Shown here piece by piece: positions 9,524-17,102 of a DNA stretch of 64,000 bases. The translations under genes and the position numbers were made by a program. Under the pieces are notes generated by a model. That model was not told the origin of the DNA. It saw nothing but the letters and a program-made list of their open reading frames with translations, and made no database searches. Positions within the stretch are counted from its first letter, which is position 1. Each line of letters begins with the position of its first letter. The stretch lies in contig OY762492.1 in NCBI GenBank assembly GCA_963665845.2, positions 2,080,001-2,144,000 on the forward strand. The letters run 5' to 3'. Origin of the DNA: Candidatus Poribacteria bacterium (lineage in GTDB: Bacteria; Poribacteria; WGA-4E; GCA-2687025).

Positions 9524-9796
9524 GATAAAACAGACGCCGCCGGCTAAGAGCGTCCCCGCCGCGACCAGCGCGCCGATGCCGAGAGCGCTGGAAACGCAGC
9601 CGACCGCGCCCAGCACAACGCCCGCCTTCGCAAGCCGAGCCTGATACGGAAGCGCGATGCCGCGGCGCAGCTTGCGAAGGTCGTTGCGCGCCATCGCCCA
9701 CGCCACGCCGGCAAACGGCAGCATGGCGAACATTCCGATGACGCCGAGCGAGACGATCATGATGCCGCGTCCGTTCTGAAAAATGCGCCGCCGCAT
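9500..9796 (-). CDS. Small two-TM DUF4190-like protein (array member 6)
   Basis: GRGIMIVSLGVIG...GVAWAMARNDLRKL...AKAGVVLGAVG. Confidence 0.7.
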   Translation of the reverse strand: MRRRIFQNGRGIMIVSLGVIGMFAMLPFAGVAWAMARNDLRKLRRGIALPYQARLAKAGVVLGAVGCVSSALGIGALVAAGTLLAGGVCFIGIAVGLG

Positions 9797-9823
9797 GCCG
9801 TTCCTTTCTGATTGAATAACCTT

Positions 9824-10120
9824 CTAAAAGATAGAGAATAATTTCTCAAAAATCGCCTTGAAGACCGAGTCAAAAAAGAGGCTCTTGATCAACACGATAA
9901 GCGTGACGACTCCGCCGATGAGCGCCGCCGCCACTCCTAAGCCGTAGCCGAACTTGACAAGGATGACGCCGCTCTCGTCGGCTTCGTTTGCGCTTATTTT
10001 CCCCAGATCGTGTTTACCTACGACCCACGCGAGTATGCCCAACACAAGGGAGCCGAGCGGAAAGAAAAACAATATCGAAAGCGCGGCGCCGCCGATGAGC
10101 GCTCCTCGGATCGATTTCAT
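9824..10120 (-). CDS. Small two-TM DUF4190-like protein (member 5)
   Basis: LGILAWVVGKHDLGKI...VKFGYGLG; AAGGAG RBS. Confidence 0.75.
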   Translation of the reverse strand: MKSIRGALIGGAALSILFFFPLGSLVLGILAWVVGKHDLGKISANEADESGVILVKFGYGLGVAAALIGGVVTLIVLIKSLFFDSVFKAIFEKLFSIF

Positions 10121-10151
10121 CAACGGCTCCTTTCGTTTGACAGCGCAGGCG

Positions 10152-10427
10152 TTAGAAGGCGAGCAAGAACACCAATGTTAGCGCCAATCCGAGGATCGTC
10201 CCGGCGACAGCGGCGCTGTATCCGACAGCGGCAATGATCCTGTCGCTGCTGGAGCTGTCGCCATTCTGCGCCGCAGAAACCGCTTTGGCTCCCATGAACC
10301 ATGCGATGCCGCCGACAACCATTCCGACAAGCGCAGAAAAGCCGACAGAATGCCAGATGGACGCGAGCGACAACAGAACTGACGCGGCGCCAAGACCGAG
10401 AACCAGCGCAGGTCGAGTCGGTTTCAT
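10152..10427 (-). CDS. Small two-TM DUF4190-like protein (member 4)
   Basis: MKPTRPALVLGLG...GGIAWFMGAKAV...AAVGYS; AAGGA RBS. Confidence 0.7.
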   Translation of the reverse strand: MKPTRPALVLGLGAASVLLSLASIWHSVGFSALVGMVVGGIAWFMGAKAVSAAQNGDSSSSDRIIAAVGYSAAVAGTILGLALTLVFLLAF

Positions 10428-10438
10428 GAGAGAGTCCT

Positions 10439-10738
10439 TCACCCAAAGAACGTTATGGTACCGACGCTGGCAAGCATAAAAAGCAGACCCAGACAAAGCA
10501 GCCCCGTATAAACGCCTCCAATAACGGCGCCGGCGGTTCCAACCCAGTATCCGATCTTCACATAATCCGGATTGAGTTCGTCAGGCTCCTCGCTGCGGTA
10601 TCCGTCCGCCGCGTATCTGGCGAGCGTTCGCGTTCTCATTCCTAAAAAAAGACCGACCGGACCGAAAATAAACGCCAAGATGATACTGGCGATCCCGTAT
10701 GCGAGGATGCGCTCATCCTGTTTTAGATCCAGATTCAT
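10439..10738 (-). CDS. Small two-TM DUF4190-like protein (member 3)
   Basis: RILAYGIASIILAFIFGPVGLFLG...VKIGYWVG; close paralog of member 2. Confidence 0.75.
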   Translation of the reverse strand: MNLDLKQDERILAYGIASIILAFIFGPVGLFLGMRTRTLARYAADGYRSEEPDELNPDYVKIGYWVGTAGAVIGGVYTGLLCLGLLFMLASVGTITFFG

Positions 10739-10803
10739 GTTCCATGCCTTTCCTTGTAAGCCGACGCTCTCACTGCGGACAATCCGATTTCATGCGCCGC
10801 TCT

Positions 10804-11091
10804 TCACCCGATAAACGACAACAGGTAGCCGGTCAGAAAAAGCAGAGGCAGCGAAGCCATGAGAACGATTCCAATCACAATGCTGACGAATCCAAGCGAC
10901 GACCCGATCTTCGCAATCTGCAGATCAAATTCGTCTTGCGGGGATCGTCCGTATCGAATCGCCGCGTCTGTATAGAGGAGGCGTGTCCTAACCCCCAACA
11001 CAAGACCGACCGGACTCAAAACAAACGCCAAAATGAGACTGATGACGCCGTATGCGAGGATGCGCTGATCGGGTCCTATTTCCAGTTTCAT
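10804..11091 (-). CDS. Small two-TM DUF4190-like protein (member 2)
   Basis: RILAYGVISLILAFVLSPVGLVLG...AKIGSSLG; its ~45-nt leader is duplicated in front of member 3. Confidence 0.75.
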   Translation of the reverse strand: MKLEIGPDQRILAYGVISLILAFVLSPVGLVLGVRTRLLYTDAAIRYGRSPQDEFDLQIAKIGSSLGFVSIVIGIVLMASLPLLFLTGYLLSFIG

Positions 11092-11185
11092 GTTCCATGT
11101 CTTTCCTTGTAAGCCGACGTTCTCACTGCAGACAAGCCGCCGACCTGCGCGCGCGTCTCCTTTCCGTCCGCCGTCCGCCAACTTA

Positions 11186-11473
11186 TCACATCCCGACGAA
11201 ACTCAGGAGGACGCCAAACACTCCGAGAGCGAGGAAGATGCCAAAGATGACGATCCCTACAAAAACGGAGACCATGCCCATGATTTTGCCGGCGCTGATC
11301 ATGCCTCGGTCGGCGGGGTCAATGGTTCCGTCCTCTATGCCGCGGAGGTCCTGATTTCCCATTGACCACGCGACGATGCCGACGATGAATCCAACAGGGC
11401 AGCATCCGGTGAGGCTAAAGATGACGGCGACAATGCCCAGCACAAGAATAAGCGTTCCGCGTCCTTGCTGCAT
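11186..11473 (-). CDS. Small two-TM DUF4190-like protein (member 1)
   Basis: GRGTLILVLGI...GCCPVGFIVGIVAWSMGNQDLRGIEDG..D...RGMISAGKIMG; GGAAAGGA RBS. Confidence 0.85.
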   Translation of the reverse strand: MQQGRGTLILVLGIVAVIFSLTGCCPVGFIVGIVAWSMGNQDLRGIEDGTIDPADRGMISAGKIMGMVSVFVGIVIFGIFLALGVFGVLLSFVGM

Positions 11474-11490
11474 GATGTTCCTTTCCAGGT

Positions 11491-12402
11491 TTAAATTCGC
11501 GTCCATGCCTTGATGAGCGTTCGTTTCGCGTTCGCAATGACAACCTCGGAGGATTGTCCAGGCTGCGGGCGCACCTCAAAGCTGACGACGCGCGAATTCT
11601 CTGACGGCTCAAGATAGTTGATGAACGTCAAGGTCTGTAAAAACTCTGCCAGCTCCTCAACGCCGTTCTCTCCGCCTTCGATGCCGAAATGCGGGTGCTG
11701 ATCGCCGTAAGCGGGATGGTTCGGGTCGCTCAAAACGCAATTGCCGATGTGCGCGTGGATGAGATGCTTGCCCGCGGTTTTGATTGCCGGGTAGATCATT
11801 TCATGCTGAAGCGGCAGATGGGACAGGTCTAGCATTAGCCCAAAGTTGGCGCGGTTCACTTTTTCTGCAAGATCAGCCGCTTCGTCCGTCGGTCCGATCA
11901 GCGCCTTTTTGTCGATGGTACGGTCGAAGGTTTCCAGCGCGACGCCGAGTCCGCAGCCGTTCGCTTCATCGCATATCTCTTTGAGCGAACGGGCAAGCAA
12001 TAGGGACGCTTCGGGTCGGCGGTCTTCGCCGGGGTCGGGACCGCTCACCAGCGCGATCGACTCGGCGCCGATTTCCGCCGCCTCTTCGATGCATTCTTTG
12101 ATGCGGTCGACGGCTTGCCGCCGCTCCTCATCGTCGAAGGCGTTCAGGTTCAGCTGGTTGGAAAAGACGATCGGCTGCGCGGCGTATGCGACGCCCATGC
12201 CGCTCGTTTCCAGTATCGCTTTGACCTCTTGGCGCGCCTTCGGGTCTTTGATATGGGTGATTTCGATAAAGTTAAAGAACGGGTCCTCCGCCAGTTTTGT
12301 GATCGTCTCAACGACCGGACCCTCTCCCGACATGCATTCAGGGTACGCCATGAAATGCACGATGCCCACGCGCATATATTCGTAGAGCGAGACGTTTTCC
12401 AT
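11491..12402 (-). CDS. Sugar phosphate isomerase/epimerase (xylose isomerase-like TIM barrel)
   Basis: ALETFD, LMLDLSH, HAHIG and SFEV metal-binding motifs. Confidence 0.85.
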   Translation of the reverse strand: MENVSLYEYMRVGIVHFMAYPECMSGEGPVVETITKLAEDPFFNFIEITHIKDPKARQEVKAILETSGMGVAYAAQPIVFSNQLNLNAFDDEERRQAVDRIKECIEEAAEIGAESIALVSGPDPGEDRRPEASLLLARSLKEICDEANGCGLGVALETFDRTIDKKALIGPTDEAADLAEKVNRANFGLMLDLSHLPLQHEMIYPAIKTAGKHLIHAHIGNCVLSDPNHPAYGDQHPHFGIEGGENGVEELAEFLQTLTFINYLEPSENSRVVSFEVRPQPGQSSEVVIANAKRTLIKAWTRI

Positions 12403-12469
12403 TCGTTTCTCCATCCGTTTGTGTCTATTGTATCATGGAAAGCGGCGCGCGTCATCTACGAGGAGACGG

Positions 12470-12652
12470 GGTAGTACGCTCATACGATGAATTTCATTTG
12501 ACCTTAAAGCGTCGGCGCCGCCTGACGTCATTCCCGCGTAAGCGGGAATCTTAAGGCATCGCAGTCGCCGCGCCGTCTTTTAAACCCCCTAGCCCCCCTT
12601 TTCAAGGGGGGAATCGGACGCGCCGCCAATCGCTCCGTTTGGGAGTACCGCC
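12470..12652 (+). mobile_element. MITE-like composite element (GGYAGTAC...GTACYGCC ends) carrying a CGTC-REP and a CCCCCTTTTCAAGGGGG hairpin
   Basis: Imperfect terminal inverted repeats; reverse-complement homolog at about 34090..34248. Confidence 0.6.
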
Positions 12653-12682
12653 GACGGGGGCTTTGACCGTTCTTGACGCCCG

Positions 12683-13546
12683 TTAGTTCTGTTTCCAGTT
12701 CAATAAAATCACAGCGGCGGCAGACGCGCCGACCCCCGACCAAACGCGCCCTGACGGACGCTCTCCAAGAGCCGCCGCGGACAGCGACGAGACGATCAAC
12801 CCGCCCGCCGCCGCGGTCGGAAACGCGATGATGCCGGGGATCTCCTCCAAAGCGCGCAGCATGAAAACCACCTGCAGCATATTGCACGTCCCGACGCACA
12901 ACCCCCAGAAAAACTCCTCCGCGCGCGGCTTTCGTTTATGAAACGCCAGCATGACAACCGAAAACAGACCCGACGACAGATACACCATCAACGTATAAAA
13001 CAGCTTTTCGTCCGGCGCGTCCGCTTCATTGAACGCCTTCGCCGCGACGCGCGAGCCGCCCGACAGCATAAAAAAGAAGAGCATCTGTATCCACATGCCG
13101 CGCTTGATCTCGCCGAGAAGGTTGCGCCGCGAATCCAGCAGCGCGGCGGAGAACGCGGCGACAAGCGCGCCGACCCCCTGCTCAACAGACGGCTGCTCAC
13201 CCCATACCAGCATCGACGCGAGAACGGGCAGCAGAACGGCAAGCCCCCCGACGGCGCGCGTCGCCGCGAGACCCTGATGCTGAATGCCTTTCACCAGAAA
13301 AAAATACGCCGCAAAATATCCGACGCCGTTCAGCGTTCCAAACACGGCGCTTGACCAGCCGACCGAGACAGCGCCCCCGCCGATGAAATGCCGCCCCGCG
13401 AGCCAGGCGCCGCAAAGAAGCGCCGCGGCGATGTAATTCAGCCCGCCGACATAGATCATGTCGCGTTTGCGAATCGACGCCGCCTTGACGCCGACGCTAA
13501 AACCCGCCCCGAACAGAATTTGAAGCGCGAGGCTCAGCACGTTCAA
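12683..13546 (-). CDS. EamA/DMT family transporter
   Basis: About 10 TM helices in two repeats; LASMLVWGEQ and LGERP signatures. Confidence 0.85.
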   Translation of the reverse strand: MNVLSLALQILFGAGFSVGVKAASIRKRDMIYVGGLNYIAAALLCGAWLAGRHFIGGGAVSVGWSSAVFGTLNGVGYFAAYFFLVKGIQHQGLAATRAVGGLAVLLPVLASMLVWGEQPSVEQGVGALVAAFSAALLDSRRNLLGEIKRGMWIQMLFFFMLSGGSRVAAKAFNEADAPDEKLFYTLMVYLSSGLFSVVMLAFHKRKPRAEEFFWGLCVGTCNMLQVVFMLRALEEIPGIIAFPTAAAGGLIVSSLSAAALGERPSGRVWSGVGASAAAVILLNWKQN

Positions 13547-13609
13547 CCCGCTTTCTAGACGGCGCCAGAGGTCTCCCGTCCGCCATGCGCGCGTCGGCGC
13601 GCCGCGGCG

Positions 13610-14494
13610 TCATTCATCGTCGTCTTCGTCGTCCTCCTCGTCGTCAGGCGCCGTCCCGCTCTGGCTGTTGGGCGGGGACGCGGGCGGCTTGGTCGGCAGC
13701 TCGTTGTCGTCCTCGTCCACGAAGCGCAGGCGGAATCCCTCTGGCGCGATGCCGTATCGGCTGATGTTGAACTTCTCCACAGGCGTCAGCTCACGGGCGT
13801 CCGCCCGCCCAACGGTGTTGATGGCAAGCGCGCCGCTCCCGCGCCCGTCGGGCATGAGCCGAACGTTCAGGGTCGACTCCCCCGTCTTGCGCGCATGGCT
13901 GAATTGCTCCTTCATGGGCGTCCAGATTCGAATCCACCTGTCCACCACCGCGTCTTGCAGCTCCTGCAACGTCGCGTCGGGGGGCAGCCCGCGAACCTTT
14001 CGCTTCCATGCGGCGATGGCAGGGTTCTCACGCCAGCGGTCGATGTTGTCCGCCTGCGCCTGTCCCAGCCTGACGGCGTCCCGTCGGTCGCGGATGACCG
14101 CCCCCCGCGCCAGCAGGTACCTGTAATGCGCCAGCAGCTTCGCCGCTTCGTCCGCCTGCTGGTAGCGCTCGTATCCAGAACTCATGATCGCGAAAATCGC
14201 TTCCGCCGTCTGCGGCCCGACGTAGCGGCGGTCGCGCTCGCCGTCCACCTCCAGCAACCACGGGTGCGGGTCGCCCCAGCGATAGCCGTCGGGAACCAGC
14301 TTGCCCTCGAAGGGCAGCGGCGGCTTGTCTTCCCCCTCGTCCGTCTTGGAAACAACGGCGTCGGACGGAGCGCGTCGGGCGCCGCTGTCCTCCCCCTCCC
14401 GCTGCGCTAGCCAGACGCCGAGCAGCGCCAGCGCTGAGACGCCCGCCGCTAGCGCAAGCCCGCGCAACGCCGTCCGCATTCGGAATCGATGCAT
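13610..14494 (-). CDS. Hypothetical protein with N-terminal membrane anchor and acidic tail
   Basis: AAGGAG RBS, hydrophobic N-terminal helix, C-terminal DDEEDDEDDDE; no family recognised. Confidence 0.65.
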   Translation of the reverse strand: MHRFRMRTALRGLALAAGVSALALLGVWLAQREGEDSGARRAPSDAVVSKTDEGEDKPPLPFEGKLVPDGYRWGDPHPWLLEVDGERDRRYVGPQTAEAIFAIMSSGYERYQQADEAAKLLAHYRYLLARGAVIRDRRDAVRLGQAQADNIDRWRENPAIAAWKRKVRGLPPDATLQELQDAVVDRWIRIWTPMKEQFSHARKTGESTLNVRLMPDGRGSGALAINTVGRADARELTPVEKFNISRYGIAPEGFRLRFVDEDDNELPTKPPASPPNSQSGTAPDDEEDDEDDDE

Positions 14495-14557
14495 GCTCTT
14501 CTCCTTCCCGCCCAGCATACACGACGCCGATTCTAAACACAACCGCTTTATTTAACT

Positions 14558-14737
14558 GGCAGTACGCTCATGCGATGATTTCGATTTTTAGAGCGCCGTT
14601 TTAGAATGCGGAGGCTGTCTGAAAAAACTCTGGATTCCCGCTTGCGCGGGAATGACGAGGAGGAAGCGCGGGAATGACGAGGAGGAAGCGCGGACGCTTT
14701 AGGGTCAAAATGAAAACCTCCGTATCAGCGTACCGCT
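14558..14737 (-). mobile_element. MITE-like element with GGCAGTACGCTCA / GCGGTACGCTGA ends and an internal REP
   Basis: Its reverse complement aligns end to end with 51382..51538. Confidence 0.7.
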
Positions 14738-16171
14738 CTATTCCCGATCGCGGTCCTGGGTGAAATCGAAACTGAGCTGGAGCAGTTTTTGCCCGGTCTG
14801 CTCCGTCGGATAGACGCCGTCAAAACAGGCGGCGCAGTAGGCGTCCGGCTCGGAGAGGCATGAAAGCATCCCTTCGATGCTCAAATACCCCAGCGAGTCA
14901 GCGCGGATGTAGTCGCGCACCTCCTCCACGGCGCGGTCGCTGGCGAGCAGCTCCTGCCGCGTCGGTATGTCCACCCCGTAAAAACAGGGAAACTGCGTCG
15001 GCGGCGCGGCAATGCGGACATGCACCTCCTGAGCGCCCGCCCCGCGTATTTTCTGAACGCTCTTGCGCAGCGTCGTTCCGCGCTGAAGCGAATCGTCAAT
15101 GAGCGCGACCCGCCGCCCCTGCAAGACCGACTGGATCGGGTTGATCTTGATGTTGACCGAAAACTCCCGCTCCCGCTGCGACGGCTGAATGAAGGTCCGC
15201 CCGACATACTGGTTCCGCGCGACGCCGTAGTCGAACGGAATGCCCGTTTCGCGCGCGTATCCGAGAGCCGCCGCGTTCGCCGATTCCGGCATTCCGATCA
15301 CAATGTCCGCCTCCGCCGGACATTCTTTGGCGAGCTGCCGTCCAAAATCTTTCCGCCGCTCCGCGACCGATTCGGAGAAGACGACGCTGTCAGGGCGCGA
15401 CAGATACAGCAGCTCAAAAACGCAGTGCGCCAGCTGAACGGGGCTATGCAGCCGCGCGCTTCCGACGCCCGCTTCGGTGACGACGACGATCTCGCCCGGT
15501 TCCACCTCGCGGACAATCTCCGCCTCGACGGCGTCCAGCGCGCATGTCTCCGACGCAAAGAGAACGGCGCCGTCCAGCCTGCCCATCCAGAGCGGACGGA
15601 ACCCATGCGGATCGCGCACTGCCGCCATGATGTCCTGCCCAAGGCACAGAAGCGAGTAGGCGCCGCTCAGCTCCTTGAGCGCGTCGATGATGCGGTTCTC
15701 CAGCATGTTCTCTCTGGAGCCGGCGATCATATGGGCGATGATTTCGGTGTCGGAGGTGGTGGTGAACAGCTGCCCATGCGTCTGCAGGTGAGCGCGTATA
15801 TCGAACGCGTTCGTGAAATTGCCGTTGTGGGCGATGGCGAGCGGGCCGAGGGCGTATTGCATCTGAAACGGCTGCGCGTTCAGAAGGCTGCTCTGCCCTG
15901 CGGTGGAGTAACGGTTGTGCCCGAGGGCGTGGGCGCCGTGAAGCCGCTCCAGCTGTTCGGCGCTGAAGACCCGTTCGACCAGCCCCATGCCTTTGTGGGA
16001 GCGGAATGCGGCGCCGTCGGATGCGACGATGCCGGCGCTTTCTTGTCCGCGGTGTTGAAGCGCGTAGAGTCCGATATAGGCGAGCTGCGCCGCCTGCGGA
16101 TGTCCAAACACTCCGAACACGCCGCATTCGTCGCGCGGTTTGTCGTCAGCTCTGTTGAGCGGCTGCGTCAT
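14738..16171 (-). CDS. purF: Amidophosphoribosyltransferase
   Basis: Propeptide then CGVFG, LQHRGQE, GHNRYST, AHNGN, IDDSLQRGTT PRPP loop, CFYGVD, YCAACF Fe-S cysteines. Confidence 0.97.
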   Translation of the reverse strand: MTQPLNRADDKPRDECGVFGVFGHPQAAQLAYIGLYALQHRGQESAGIVASDGAAFRSHKGMGLVERVFSAEQLERLHGAHALGHNRYSTAGQSSLLNAQPFQMQYALGPLAIAHNGNFTNAFDIRAHLQTHGQLFTTTSDTEIIAHMIAGSRENMLENRIIDALKELSGAYSLLCLGQDIMAAVRDPHGFRPLWMGRLDGAVLFASETCALDAVEAEIVREVEPGEIVVVTEAGVGSARLHSPVQLAHCVFELLYLSRPDSVVFSESVAERRKDFGRQLAKECPAEADIVIGMPESANAAALGYARETGIPFDYGVARNQYVGRTFIQPSQREREFSVNIKINPIQSVLQGRRVALIDDSLQRGTTLRKSVQKIRGAGAQEVHVRIAAPPTQFPCFYGVDIPTRQELLASDRAVEEVRDYIRADSLGYLSIEGMLSCLSEPDAYCAACFDGVYPTEQTGQKLLQLSFDFTQDRDRE

Positions 16172-16739
16172 TGGGCGTCTCCTCGTTGTTGGTTGGAGTC
16201 GCGTCCAGCATATTTTCAGGATGTCCAAAATAGCGCACCAGCAGGGCGCCGATCGGCATCGCCAGAACGATCGGGATTTCCGGCGGTATGTCGAGTCCAT
16301 ACACGATGAGTCGAAGCGGGGCGGTGATCACATACTGAAAGCCGGCGATGAACAGTTTCAGGGCGCGCCAGATAAATCCCTCGTTCAGCGCGGGCTGGGC
16401 GACGGCTCTCCAGTCCAGCTCCATCACCTGTAGAACGGCGATGACAGCGGTCGGTCCGAGAAAGCCGCCTTTCCATATCTGCCATCGGGCGCGCTTGCCC
16501 CATTTCGGCTTTTCCCGCCGCGCGAGGCGGTAGATCGGCTCCCCGCCGCCGACAGCGGCCGCCGCCGCCAAGAGCAGTATGGCGATCAGCGAAAACAGGC
16601 TGGGCGCCCATCCGCCGATGGCGAGCGCCGTCCATCTCAACACGGTGTTTCCGAAGAGAAAGACGGCTCCTCCGATCAGGACGGCTCCCGCCAGACCTGC
16701 GCCGTATTCTTTTAAAGCGATCAACCATCGAGCGTTCAT
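16146..16739 (-). CDS. Hypothetical membrane protein
   Basis: Several hydrophobic segments; overlaps the purF start; TTGACG-17-TATCAT upstream (16768..16796). Confidence 0.65.
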   Translation of the reverse strand: MNARWLIALKEYGAGLAGAVLIGGAVFLFGNTVLRWTALAIGGWAPSLFSLIAILLLAAAAAVGGGEPIYRLARREKPKWGKRARWQIWKGGFLGPTAVIAVLQVMELDWRAVAQPALNEGFIWRALKLFIAGFQYVITAPLRLIVYGLDIPPEIPIVLAMPIGALLVRYFGHPENMLDATPTNNEETPNDAAAQQS

Positions 16740-16806
16740 AGCCTGGACCCCGCCCATTGATATGCATATGATACCGCTTCTCTCCGCGCGCGTCAAACCC
16801 CTCCCC

Positions 16807-17031
16807 TGACCTTACCCTTAGAGTTGGGACAATTCTGGTTGTGAACGCAGACGGTTTCGGGGTTGACTCTGGATTCCCGCTTACGCGGGAATGACAGGAT
16901 GGGGGCGCGGGAATGCATGTCCTCGTGAAAACGGGGAACGGGGAAGCGGGGGACGGTCTGGTTGGCGGCGTCTTTTTGCCATGAATAAAGGCGCAGTTCG
17001 TTCAAATGTCCCAACTTTATGCATAAGGTCA
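16807..17031. mobile_element. MITE-like element with IS3-like TG...CA terminal inverted repeats
   Basis: Left end TGACCTTACCCTTAGAGTTGGGACA; right end reverse complement TGACCTTATGCATAAAGTTGGGACA; internal REP; homologs at 25329 and 36386. Confidence 0.75.
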
Positions 17032-17102
17032 AAATTGACCGCTTGATTATGCGCCGTTTCTGCGCTATTCTGATGTTCAGGCTAAAGGAGAAACCGGCAA
17101 AT

